Assembly (NCBI GenBank): GCA_053919585.1 | Contig: CM132798.1 | Reading direction: 5' to 3' (one strand) | Length of the DNA: 64,000 nt | DNA from: Euprymna scolopes | Lineage: Eukaryota | Part shown: in pieces, positions 39,600 to 52,500 of the stretch | Numbering within the stretch: the first letter of the stretch is position 1 | Layout: each line of letters opens with the position of its first letter | The notes under the pieces: model-generated | Database searches by the model: none | Told to the model about the DNA's origin: nothing | The model's input: the letters and a program-made list of their open reading frames with translations, nothing else | Position numbers and translations under genes: made by a program

Positions 39600-40069
39600 C
39601 TAAGTCAATCATTTGCGCCCCCCCCACAATTTAGCACTAAAAAAAGTCCCCAAAACCTTACCATATTAAAATCTTAGTTCACTACCATGCAAAACTGCTA
39701 AATAGACATACACAGAAAATTTTGGACAAATATGGTAAAATAGTCTCAAAAATGAAGTGTTCTTATTTGCCCTAAAAGAGACCCTGGGGTACACCCAAGA
39801 GTTATCGCGAAGTATAAACAAACAAAATCATATAGAAATCAGTTAGTTATAACTTGTCAAAAAGTTTTATAAAAATCCAAGGCATCAGATATTTTTAATC
39901 ACAAAAGAAAATCCGCTCTGTTGCTCTTTTACTCATATCATGTTTAATGTTTGTGCACATTTCAAAAAATTCCAAGGCGTAGTTATTGAGAAAAGTGCGG
40001 ACAGACGAACGGATAAACGGACAAAAATGAATTTACAGGTCCACTCCCCTTTTGTCGAGGGGCCAAAAA
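39600..40069 (-). mobile_element. DINE-1/HINE-like (Helentron-associated) element
   Basis: Minus strand starts in a T-run with a short hairpin, followed by a (GTCY)n-like microsatellite. Related to 51101-51330. Confidence 0.45.
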
Positions 40070-41334
40070 CAATAATAATATTAAAATAATACACAAAAAC
40101 ATTGTATTCTTTTTAAACAGTGTGCATGACAAAAAAAATACTATCAAGTAAATGTATACCTGTCTGTGTAAAATATCTTATTAATAAACTCTTAAACTAC
40201 TGATCACATGACATAAATTAATATGAAATAGTAATCATACACAAAGGATGGTTTATAACGAGTAAAATCTTTGTTTGGATGAATGAATAACGCGTGCAGA
40301 TATATGTCGGCAAGTTGTAATGCAAAATATTCATTTCAACTTGTCGACATATTTCTCTTACGTTTGCGCATGCACCAATTCGTTCATAGCTTGAAGTGGT
40401 TTCATTTTAAATCTTTATTATCTATCTGTTGTTAGTTTAAACGGTAGGAGACACGTCTGCAGTGTTAAATGTTTTGGATTGATTCTAGCTGATAGCACTG
40501 AGGTTATTTATTTTAACTTTTGAAATCAGTACTATATATTAGGTACAATATAATATTCAATAGAGAATTGGCTCTATAATAATAAAAACGAAATCTGCAT
40601 AAATTAAAATGTATTTCAGCGTATTTTGCGACCGGGCAATGCTGGGCGCCCTCCCTTACTAGTGTATAATATTACTTATCTTTTTATGAGTGACTGTATT
40701 TTGTTGGCCTCTTGAATTATGGAGAATGGTTATGTAAGTGATGAAACACGCGCGCATGTACGCACGCATGCGCAAAAGGCATTCCCATCTGGGATAAACT
40801 TCTATATGATTCTATTTTGATAATGATTTGTATATGCTGTTTGCATGAATTTTTTATGATTTTTTTCGTTTTAATTATTCATTTTATATTGATTAATTTA
40901 TTATTGCATAATTTACACGGCAATCCTTTTAGCAGCGTGCCATGTTGACAGGGAAATACATTTAAGGCTTCCGAATGCAATCAATTCGATACACAATAGG
41001 TAATATATTTAGATCTCAGTAATGTGAAATTTATCTCACATTACATACACGTTCCTATAAATAAAAGTTACAATCTCTCATATTTTACAAATGCCGAGAG
41101 GAGAACATGCAAGATTAGTGTTTTTAAAGTCAAGATTCAGGAAACTACTGAGTTTAAATGAATATGACTATAGTCTAAAGATTTGATCTCTTTTGGTCAT
41201 TTATCAATTATTATTGTTGAAAAAGTTATAAAACGAAAATACTTCAACAGATCTGACTAAAAAAGCCTTCTCTAATTGACTAATTTTGTTTGGAGTTAAA
41301 TGATTCGTTTATCATTATTCAAATAAGCAAAACC

Positions 41335-41407
<73 letters not shown>

Positions 41408-41504
41408 GGGGGTGTTTGTGTGCCTACGTGTGTCTATAATTAATGTTCAGTTAAGTTTTTTGAGTTTTAATAGCTCAAATCTTGTTATTCCCTTTTATAG
41501 TTGT

Positions 41505-42318
41505 TGATCTTGAGCACGCGGTGCAATGGAGAAAGATGTGGCTGGTTAATTTTAGTGCATCTAATCTCATCTTGAGAAGGCTTCATGTTTTGACAAACTT
41601 TTGGGCTTAACCTTTACTCCTGATCTGAGATGGAACTCGTACATCAAATCCGTTGCCAGGCCTGTTGGGAAAATGGTGGGATCGTTCTACCGTTCCAGTA
41701 GATATCTCACTGCTGATGCAATTCTCTACATGTATGAGCCAAGTGTGTCCAAGAATGGACTGCTGTTGCCACATCTGGGCAGGAGCTGCTAAAATAAGTT
41801 TATCACGCCTTAACAGAGTTCAAAATAGATTTACTAGCCTAGTGGGGGATGCTCTTTTCTTTTTCCTGCAACCTCTTCCCCACAGAAGAGCCGTCGCGAG
41901 TCTGTCTGTTTTATCGTTATTTTACTGACAAGTGTTTATCTGAGCTCCAATCTATGGTCCCCCCCTGGCCTGACTTTCACGAACAATACTCGTCTATTTG
42001 AAACCACTATCAGTAATTTCCCTCCCTATTTACTTGTGCCTAAACCTCAATGTAGATTCCATGAACAAAGCTTCTTTCTTAGAACTGCACGCCTGTGAAA
42101 CTGTTCCGTTTATCTGCTTTTCAACTGACTACAATATGATTGTCTTCAAGTCCAACATAAACAAGTTCTTGATGAGCCATCTCCTTAAGTAATCTAATTA
42201 ACCAAATTCCCCTACCAACGATGACTGACATGTTCCCCTTTACCATTGTACACTCATTAACCCTTATCCTCAAGTGGCCTCCGAGCCTTGATAAGTGGTG
42301 ATTCTTTTGTAAAAAAAT
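41505..42318 (+). mobile_element. CR1/Zenon-like LINE 3' fragment
   Basis: LGLTFTPDLRWNSYIKSVA and CCHIWAGAAK are present with frameshifts, plus the shared 3' UTR and an A-tail. Confidence 0.9.
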
Positions 42319-42319
42319 A

Positions 42320-43192
42320 CTGCAATATTCTGTTCTTTCTGTCAACTGTTAAAAATGTTTTTCATAAATCAATGTTTCCGTGCTCTTTTTTCAATTCTTT
42401 CAAATTTTCATAATAGTTTAATATTCTGATATTTAAAAATAAAAATCACAGGTTAATATTCTGTTATCTAATTCAGTTTACAGATTTTTGTGATCACTCA
42501 ATAACTTTTTCTATTAACCAACTTTTTGGAATTTTCTCAACAGTTCAATATTCTGCTATTTTCTATCAAAATAATCAAGTTTTTCATTACCCCAATTTCT
42601 TTTTTATGCAAAACCAGTTTTATTGATAGCTCAATATTCTATTCGCTTGAACAAATATTAAAAAAGTTTTTCATGGTTAAATATTCTATTTATTTTATAA
42701 GGTCTTTCAAATTGAAAACTGAGCATCAATAATTTTATTGCTATATCTTTAAAAAATGTTATTATAATCTCAATATTCTAATATTTTGGATAAATCTCTC
42801 AAACTGTTTACATTTCTTTCACTGTTCGACGTACAGTGAGTTTTGTAAAATTATTCAAATGTTATTCAGATTTTGATATTCTATGTTTTTAACAAATATT
42901 TACATAAATATTTTAGTTTTTTATAAAATATTTAAATTTATATATAGTTCTATACACTTTCCTTTTAGTAAAATCTTTCACATTTTGCCAAAAGTTCAAT
43001 ATTTTGTTCTCTTGTCCAAATCTTTTCACATTTTCTTTAAAGCTAAATATTGTATATTTTGTCTAATTTTTCAAAAGTTATACTTAATTCAATATTATTT
43101 TCTTTTACTCACAATTTTCTTAATTTTATTTGTAGCCCAATATTCTGTTCTCTTGATCAATTTGTATGGAATTTCTTTATAGTTCAATATTT

Positions 43193-43253
<61 letters not shown>

Positions 43254-43860
43254 GAATCTATCATACGAGGTTCTAAATTCTATTCTTTGAATCAAATGCT
43301 TCGTAATTTCTTCATAACTTAATATTTGCAAGCCTATCCTTGTTTTATCGTTATTTCCATGGCAGGGGCTCGCCTGAACTCCAATCTCTGGCCCCCCTCT
43401 CTAATATTTCACGAAAAACATCCGTCTAGCTGAATCCACTGTGAAAAATTTCCCCCACTCTTTATCTGTGCCTAAATCAAAACGTAGATTCCATGAACAA
43501 AGCTTCTTTCTTAGAACTACACGCCTGTGGAACTCTGTTCCGTCTGCCTGCTTCCCACCTAACTACGACCTGGATGTCTTCAAGTCCAACGTTAACAAAT
43601 TCCTAATGAACCGCCCTCTTAAGTAAATATTTCATTAAATCTCCACACTAACGTATTGTACTTGCAATAACCCTTATCCCTGAGTGGCTTCCGGGCCTTA
43701 ATAAGTGGTGACCACCGTGTAAAAAAATATATTTTGTTCTTTTTGCAGAATCTTTTCAACTATATACGCAGTTCGATATAGTTCTTTTGATCGTGTGTCT
43801 CGTCATTTCTTTCATAGTTCAATATTCTGTTGTTTTTTTACTTGTCAATTTAACTAAAAC
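42320..43860. repeat. Degenerate AT-rich minisatellite (core TCAATATTCTG/T, ~40-bp period), interrupted by (CT)n and a LINE fragment
   Basis: Recurrent AATATTCT/AATATTTT cores at roughly regular spacing. Confidence 0.6.
43332..43727 (+). mobile_element. CR1/Zenon-like LINE 3' fragment (little diverged)
   Basis: KNFPHSLSVPKSKRRFHEQSFFLRTTRLWNSVPSACFPP is nearly identical to the end of the 53771 ORF. 3' UTR and A-tail present. Confidence 0.92.
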
Positions 43861-44479
43861 ATTTCATTTCTTTTTATAAAATATTTTTTTATAAATTATA
43901 TTTATCAATATTTTGAGAGGATTGTCCCATAATAAATTTTATTTGCTATATTCTGTAACTATTATCTTCATAACCTCTAAAACTCTGAATAAGTATTTTA
44001 TTATAATAACTGAAAACTATAATATTAGCAATATTCTTATAAACGCAAGTATAAATTTTCCGAGACTGTTTTATTTTTAATTTATTTTTAAATGAGATTT
44101 GCTTTTTGATAAACTTTTATTTTATATTTATTTAGGCGTATCTATGTTTTAATCGGATTGTGCATTTAATCTGTAAATATATTCAAACAGAATTTTATCG
44201 AAATATCATTCACGGTAAAAAAAAAAGTTTTAAAAATTTGATGCATGATTCTAAAAAGCAATTTATTTTTCTGCAATAATTTTTTTTTGTTGTTGTTCTT
44301 TTATGAGAATTATTCAGACAGGTAGCACAAGGGATCAAGACACTGTAGAATAAGAAATCGCACGTACACCTAAAGAAAGTTAGTTGTTACATCGGCCAGA
44401 ATACTGTGAAAGTAACAACCAAGATAAGAATAGTAGTCAAAATTATCCTATAATTATGATGATCAATCCTCCACTAATT

Positions 44480-44976
44480 TGATTTTATGCTCCAACAACA
44501 TAACAAAAACAAAAAAAAAAATAAAATAAAAAAAACATACTGAAGATGAAGTTTACCTTCGTAATATGTTTATGAATTGCAATACAAATTTCAAACAAAA
44601 TAAATATCTAATATTTTGTAATAATGCGTTGTTGCGGCTTCAAACGTATCTAATACGTATTTCATTTTATTCAAATTCAACCAACGCTTCTATAATAGGA
44701 ACACAAGTCCTAACGTAAATTTTGCGTGACCAACGTACCGTTTAAACACTTGATAATACTACTGTGAAAACACCAAACGGACTTCTATTTGCTGATTTTA
44801 TGCTCCAACGACAACATGGCCAAAAAAAAAAAAAAAAATGCCATACTGGTTAAAGTTTATCTTCGAAATATACTCATGAATTCCAATATAAATTTCAAAC
44901 AAAATAAATATATGTTTATTTTGTAATAATGCGCTGTTTCGGCTTCAAACGTATCGAATGACGTATTTCATTTTAT
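44480..44976 (+). repeat. Partial tandem dimer (~306-nt period) with decayed hammerhead-like motifs
   Basis: ~44480-44670 is repeated at ~44793-44976. Copy 1 reads CATA-CTGAAGA-T-GAAG-TTTAC-CTTC-GTAA-TATGTT-TATG. Confidence 0.6.
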
Positions 44977-45230
44977 AAAATTATTATTTTATTAATATTT
45001 AATTTTTGATATGGGATTGATGATCGTACTCCGCGTTGCCTGGGTGGCAGAAGCTATAAGTAGATTTACATTATTTAAATAAATGGCAGAATATTTATAG
45101 GCATTAACATTTGGAATGTACACCAGGTGTTAATTGTGAATTAATAGGGACTATTCCGCAATTATTCTCCTATATTGTAACCCGTTGTTAAATGTTTATC
45201 ATTTATTTGTTTTCCTTTGTTTTCAAGTTA

Positions 45231-46313
45231 TCTATATATCTATAAAAGTGAAATTCTATGTGTGGGTGTCTGTATGTGTACTTTCCCTACCAAACTGCTC
45301 TGTCAATTTTCAGTCTACAGACTCTAGATTTTGGCATACAGGGTATTGAGATTTGGAAAAATCTTATGTCAAGGAGTCAAAGTTTAACGATTTGAGCTTT
45401 GAAAACTCTACCAACCTCGTTCACCAATTTTGGGTCTAAACACTTGAAATTTTAGATGTAAGTNNNNNNNNNNNNNNNNNNNNNNNNNNNNNNNNNNNNN
45501 NNNNNNNNNNNNNNNNNNNNNNNNNNNNNNNNNNNNNNNNNNNNNNNNNNNNNNNNNNNNNNNNNNNNNNNNNNNNNNNNNNNNNNNNNNNNNNNNNNNN
45601 NNNNNNNCCTATATGGTTGACTATTTTAAAAAACTGATTACATATAATGATAGAAGATGTATCGAGACACAGGATTGGGTATGGTTGATCTGGCAGAACG
45701 GTGGTTCATAAAAATTGTGTAAGTCTGCGTTCGCGGCTGGTCCACAAAGTATGGAAATAAAAAATTTAAAAATAAAAAAAACGTTTACAAGTGTTTTTGA
45801 TATGAATGTACATAAGAATACTTTGATAAGTATGTTTTAACTTAAATGGGGTTCATATAATAAAACTGTGGGGTCTGCGTTCGCGCCTGGCCTCCATAGA
45901 ATGGAAATAGGCATAAACTTTAATAAAGACTTTTCATATCTATCTGCGTAAGTATACTTTGATAATTATGTTTCCGTTTGAAGAAATATGGTATAATAAA
46001 ATTATGGGGTGTTCGTTCGCACCTGACCTCCATAAAATGGAAAAATGTCACAAAGTTTAACAAGGTTTTTTAATATAGAAACACAGAATATTGTGATAAG
46101 TGTTTCAGTGTGAACAGGTATGGTATAATAAATTATGGGATTTATCTATTTTATTTTTACTTTCATCATATTTTTCTTTGGTTTTGATACCCCCAAATTC
46201 GAAGCTATCTCTTTACAACCCTTCCTTTTCATAACCTATCATACTTTCATAAATCAGAGTCCATTTTCTGTAATCTGTTTTTGAACCCAGTCAACGACGG
46301 GTACTTTTGCTAG

Positions 46314-46385
<72 letters not shown>

Positions 46386-46437
46386 TAAAGCTGTGAACAG
46401 TACATAGGGTCCAAGCAAAGCTGGGCTGAACTGCTAG
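45231..46437 (+). mobile_element. Outer non-autonomous Helitron-like element
   Basis: 5' TCTATATATCTATAAAAG and a 3' imperfect hairpin CCAAGC-AAA-GCTGGG followed by CTAG|T at 46434-46437. It encloses the 45609-46313 copy. Confidence 0.5.
45609..46313 (+). mobile_element. Non-autonomous Helitron, second copy of 14488-15228 (5' end in gap)
   Basis: Reverse-complement match to 14488-15180, ending ACCCAGTCAACGACGGGTACTTTTGCTAG|T. Confidence 0.85.
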
Positions 46438-47162
46438 TAATCAAAATAAAGAAGAATGTTGTATTATATTCTTATTGATCTCAAGTGTGACACAATATTG
46501 ATTTTTAATTTAAATATTCAGTATATAATTTTGATATTTATGCATTTCATATTTTGTATAAGAATTTTAAAAATTGAGCTTAAATATGTTGACTTCAGCG
46601 TTCTACAGTTATTGCAAAATACGCAGTAGAATATACGTTCTCGGCCCATTATTCAATAAGTTTAATGGCAGAGTCCTGGAAAAATTTAAGTAATAATTAT
46701 TTGACGATTGCGTGTCGTTACTCCTTATGAGATGGGTAGAATATATAAGCTGAACGGCCTTAAATAAAATTATTTTTTACTTCTATAAATAAAAATTTTG
46801 TAAAAGAAATATATAAATAAAACAGAGAGACAGAAATTCTATGATGTTATATTAAATATTTAAAGCACGATAGTTCGTAATTATGGATTGGGAAATCCCG
46901 CGATACAGTAATAGTTTTACTAAAAGTAGAGTGAAACTGCTTTCGCTATAAAACTGCGACATTTGCTATCGGCAGCGGGAAATCGCTTCAAAACTGGACT
47001 GACGTAAATGTACGAAGATAAATAAATGTCGTCATCTTGCAGCGGTCGACATGACGATGGCGCTTCTGAGATTCAAGGCTTCTTTTCGGGGTGGAATTTC
47101 GTAATTTACCTTAATTAGTTAAAAATATTCAAATATGCATATATTAATACGTACATGCTACA

Positions 47163-47198
<36 letters not shown>

Positions 47199-48253
47199 TC
47201 TATGTATACATTTATATACATATATAGTTAAACTGTTTTCTATNNNNNNNNNNNNNNNNNNNNNNNNNNNNNNNNNNNNNNNNNNNNNNNNNNNNNNNNN
47301 NNNNNNNNNNNNNNNNNNNNNNNNNNNNNNNNNNNNNNNNNNNNNNNNNNNNNNNNNNNNNNNNNNNNNNNNNNNNNNNNCAAAATATGTTAACGCATAT
47401 ATACAATAGCTATTACAAACATAAGAGCCTCCTAGTTTTAACTCAAAAAATTGAGAAGTTACAAAGACGAAAATGGAACCATTAACACGAGTGACCCTGT
47501 TGTGCCCCCAAGTTCATTTTTCTACACAGTCCCAACATTATCAATTCACTTTTGTCGAGAATTCAATGACTCCTCCCTACTTCTGATCCACGTCCATGAC
47601 AGGAGTTGCTTTCTTGGACTCGCACACCGTCAATATATTCAGCAGAGAAGTATGAAACGTTCAGGTCACGAATGCATAATTTCAGTCATCATGACAATGA
47701 AATGTGCAATCCCCCTGATCGATTCCGGTGGAATAAAAATAGGAGGCATTACATTTTGGTTGTCCCTCGTATTTATTTATTTCCACGTCTTTCTTTCTCT
47801 CTCTGATTTGTTTTGAGACATACGTTCATACACGCGCGTGTGCGTACATACACATATACACATATATGTGTGTATATGTGTTTTATGTGTTATGGTTAAA
47901 TATGTTTTGTGTGTGTGTGTGTGTATACAGGTTCATTTTCATTAATAATCGAGTGAACTACATGAAATCATATGTGGCCCCTCTACTTATGGATTAAATA
48001 GTAAAACGGCCTATGCTCCAAAGTCTTGGTTGTGCATCTAGTGAATGCGAAGGAAATCTCAGAAATAATATTACTATGTTTCTGTTTATCACGGCATTGT
48101 ATTCAGTCGCCATGGACTTCTTGTTGCTACTGAAATAATCAATACCAGTTTAGGAGAGGTTGGGTCAATGAGTGCTAAAGTGTTGCTTCATTAGACTCAC
48201 ACAGCAAGCACCCTTACAGGTGGTATCCATTGTCTCTCGAAACGGAATGTGCC

Positions 48254-48301
<48 letters not shown>

Positions 48302-48303
<2 letters not shown>

Positions 48304-48777
48304 TGTTGTTGGGGTTTTTTTTTCAAACAATAGATTCGGTTAATATTGCTCGATTTTTTGTTTATTTATTTTAGAAAGTCGCCCATAATTTGTTTGGGCG
48401 CATATATAACATTTTTATTATTTATTTTTATTATTTTTAAAACAGTAATCTACTTATACGCGTGTTTCGAGTTAATTAACTCTCATCAGCGTAGCTCAAC
48501 TGTTCTAGGGATCGAACTGCTGACCATATTTCTTCAGTACGGCGCCTTAACCGTTAGGCCACAAACCCTAGATGAATTTACGGTTTATTTTTATCGCTTA
48601 TAAATTTAGATTTGTTGTTGGTGTTGTTTTTTTTCAAACGATAGATTCGGTTAATATTGGCTTCGCCTCGAAGCTCGATTGTTTGTTTATTTATTTTAGA
48701 AAGTCGCCCATAATTTGTTTGGACGTATATATAACATTTTTTCATTTATTTTTATTATTTTTAAAACAGTAATCTGC

Positions 48778-48782
<5 letters not shown>
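48302..48782 (-). mobile_element. Retrozyme-like 1.5-mer (324-nt unit) with tRNA-derived Pol III boxes and hammerhead
   Basis: Direct repeats at 48302-48454 and 48613-48778. Minus-strand A box TGGCCTAACGG and B box GTTCGATCC are followed by the HHR. Both ends are embedded in TA/TG microsatellites. Confidence 0.75.
48450..48495 (-). ncRNA. Type I hammerhead ribozyme motif
   Basis: CTACG-CTGATGA-GAGTT-AATT-AACTC-GAAA-CACGCGTA-TA-AGTAG has an intact core, a 5-bp stem II and a near-palindromic stem III. Confidence 0.75.
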
Positions 48783-48823
<41 letters not shown>

Positions 48824-49187
48824 GGGTATACAGGAAAGGTTAGCACCAGGTTTTCTTTGGATGATTGTGAAGAGGCCTAGGGCGTTTATTGCCAGCGAAA
48901 TTCCAGTGAAGGCCAATGATGGTTGCTAGTGAGAAATCAATGACAAGCGGCTGTTTTGATGAGGCAAATTCAATTGCATGTGTATCGAAAGAGGTATAGA
49001 ATAATGATAACCGTGTAGAGATGTCATCTAGACGCCAGGAAACACAACCGGTTGCTGTCAATGAACAATCTTTGATGATGACTTGTGTGGGAATTTTTCT
49101 CCTAGTGAGTGAATAATAATTATTATTATAATTATAATAATAATTATTTAAATTGCGATAATAATAATAATGATGATGATAATAATG

Positions 49188-49243
<56 letters not shown>

Positions 49244-49439
49244 CAGTAGAACAGAATTATTGACAAAATTAACTAGTCACGAGAAATGAAATAGGATAAT
49301 TATATTTTATAAATACCGAATTTTCTCTTAATTGTATGATTGATATAAAATTGTCTTAACTATGCTAGACATTATCATATCGTATGGATCCGAAGATTCC
49401 GCTGTTGGCATTGGTTTCCCGACATTTTATCAAGTCAAA

Positions 49440-49562
49440 ATTTCTTTTTAGAGAGACTACGTTGACAATATCCTAAGGGAGAGTAATTTGTTTTGGAACA
49501 AACTGGATTCGAACTTGGAATACCCATGTCATCTATCCGTGCCGTTGACCACCGTCCCCTCC
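49440..49562 (-). mobile_element. tRNA-derived SINE-like head
   Basis: Minus strand reads GGTGGTCAACGGCAC...AAGTTCGAATCCAG (A/B-box-like). Confidence 0.4.
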
Positions 49563-50171
49563 CAACTATACTAGTAATAATAATTATAATAATGATTAGT
49601 ATACTAGTAATAATAATTATAAGTATCATAACTATATTAGTAATAATAATTTTTACGTGTAATTATATTCGTGCAGAGATTTTACATAATTTATACTTGC
49701 GTTATATTTGCGTAAAAAGAGTATAATAAACACAAACCTCTTTCTATACATATTTATATATGCGCATAAATATTTATATAAAATTTTGCTTACCACGTTC
49801 CTCCGTAAGTTTGGGTTTTTGCCTGGGAAAATCGGTGCAAAAGTGTGAAAATTAAAGAAATGGAATTTGCCAGATGAAGGTCGAACGACGGTATTACGAA
49901 TATGGATGCGTAACGTAATAGCTATTAGTTCATGCTTTAATTTTTAGCCTTGCAGCAAACATGTCTTTATAGACTGGGCATTAACGTCAAAGCAAATGTA
50001 AATCTTCAGAAAACGATTTGGTTTCGATTCTCGGTGGTTGCACGAGTCCTATTTTTTAAATTTTTAAACCATTACTATATATTGGGCCCAATACAATATA
50101 ATATTAAATACGTAATCTGCATCAATCAAAATATCATACTTAAGCGTATTTTACGATTGGGCGGCCTGCTA

Positions 50172-50215
<44 letters not shown>

Positions 50216-50312
50216 GCATATGTATTATTACCGTTTTAAGTCTGGTAATAAAAATATTGTGCTCTACAGTAGTATTGAGAACTTTCTTCGTGTTTTTTTT
50301 ACCAATTACCAC

Positions 50313-50380
<68 letters not shown>

Positions 50381-51100
50381 ATATATTTTTATATAGAAAA
50401 TATTACATACTCGCTACGGTGACCATGCTAATTTTTCGGGCGAATTGGTTTGCAAGAAACCAAAAGTCACACGTCAGGCGACGTAAAAAAAAGTTTATTT
50501 GCCACCGAAGGCATCTGGTTCAAAAATGGATGAAGTAAAATATTATATTTTTTATGTATAAAAATGAAATATTAAAACGCTCAAACTTAAGTTGGAGGCA
50601 TGACATTAAGTGACATTTTAGACTCAAAATAGAAGGACACGAGGGAAAAAACAATGTCAAGATATAACAGGATAAATTTTAAAAGTAGAAAGGGATTAAA
50701 AAAAAGGAATGGACAACGACAAAAGAAAATGAAAAACAAAGAACAGAAAGACGGAAATAGGACGAAGAGGTCAGCATGATTACATTATATTACTATAAGG
50801 AATAGGAGGGGGGTGAAACATTTAGGATCAACTTGGATTAAGGGTTAAGAGTTTACGTGTCAAAGAAAGAAAGATGTTGACGTAAGAGGGGAGTGGATAA
50901 AGAAAAATTAGCAGATAGGGTTTCCAGTGAGGCATAAATACACATATTATATGTGTATCCGCAACCCAGTCAGGCACATACCCACACATGTGCGTAAAGA
51001 AATAATAAAACCTGAGACAACCTTATGCATAGGAAATTAGACTGTGTTTTCTTAAACATAAACCATATCACAATGAATTTAACAATTAAAAAAAACTTTC

Positions 51101-51330
51101 TTTTTGTCCTCTGACAAGAGCAGGATGGATCTGTAAATTCATCCTTGTCCGTTCGTCCGTTCGTTTGTCCGAAAATCGAAAAGAAAGTATATCAAATTGT
51201 AAGTACCGCCCCCCGAAAACCCTTTAAACTTCTCCAAATCTACAAAAGCGTTTAATACCTATGGTTAAAAATTTTACAGCATCCAAGTGACTCGGATTTT
51301 CAAGAAGTACTTGTATCCCTTTTTACTTCC
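51101..51330 (+). mobile_element. DINE-1/HINE-like element
   Basis: T-run start and GTCCGTTCGTCCGTTCGTTTGTCCG microsatellite. Shares CTGTAAATTCAT with the reverse complement of ~40020-40045. Confidence 0.45.
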
Positions 51331-51496
51331 TTGATTAAAACTAAATTAAACTAAATGCCGTCCAAATTAAAACGCCTTACATCTAGCAGCCATCTTTCTA
51401 AATCTATAATTATCGGTTAATTTAGGATTAAAGTTTAATATATACAAATACATAAACAAATACACAAGTACCAATTATTATTATAATTATTATTAT

Positions 51497-51529
<33 letters not shown>

Positions 51530-51569
51530 CTTTTGTTCCCACTAGAAGTTTTCTGGCATTAATTAAAAT

Positions 51570-52500
51570 GAATAACTTTCGTCTTGGGGAGACTCCATGT
51601 TTTGACAAGCTTCTGGGTCTGACCTTTACTCCTAATCCGAAATGGAACACGTACATACAATTTGTTGCCAAGATTGCTGAAAAAATGATGGGATCTTTCT
51701 ACAACTTAATTAGATATCTCACCACTGATGCAATTCTCTACCTATATAAAAGCCAAGTACACCCAAAGATAGATTACTGTTGTCACATTTGGGCAGGAGC
51801 TGCTAGAGGCAGTTTATCCTACCTTGACAGAGTTCAAAATAGACATCCTAGCCTAGTGGGGGATGTACTTTTCTCTTCCCTGCAACCTATTTCCCACAGA
51901 AGAGACGCTGCTAGTTTGTTTCTACTTTATCGTTATGCCAAGTACGTCCAATAGTCGAGTACTGTTTCCACATCTGGGCAGGAGCTGCTAGATAGATCTT
52001 CTCCTGTCTTGACAGAGTTCAAAATAGACTTCTTAGTCTAGTGGGGGATGCCTCTTTCTTTTCCTTCTTTTTCTCACAGAAGAGACGTTGAAAGCCTTGT
52101 CTCTGCTTTATCGTTATTTTCATGGCAAGTTCTCGTCTGAACTCCAATCTATGCCCCCCCTCGCCAAACTTCCACGAAAAACACTCGTCTATCTGAAACC
52201 ACTATCAATGATTTCCCCTAAACCAAAAACCTACATTCCATGAACAAAGCTTCTTTCTTAGAACTAAACACCTGTGGAACTCTCTTTTCCCTGCTTTTCA
52301 GTTGACTACAATGTTGTCGTCTTCGAGTCCAACGTAAAAGACATTGTTGTTTAATCGTCCCCTTGAGTAATTCAATTTACCGAATTTCCACTGTTAATGA
52401 TTACTAAAATATTATCCCATTGACTACTGTACAGTCATTAACCCTTATCCTCGAGTGGCCTCTGGGTATTGATAAGTGGTGACTCCTATGTATAAAAAAA
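51570..52500 (+). mobile_element. CR1/Zenon-like LINE 3' fragment with internal ~175-bp tandem duplication
   Basis: ORF 51568-51954 (CFDKLLGLTFTP...YCCHIWAGAA). The segment is repeated at ~51940-52115, followed by the 3' UTR and an A-tail. Confidence 0.9.

Noticed and set aside
48500-48572. Functional tRNA gene
   Set aside because: A and B boxes are present but the anticodon and T stems do not pair properly. It is part of a repeat unit.
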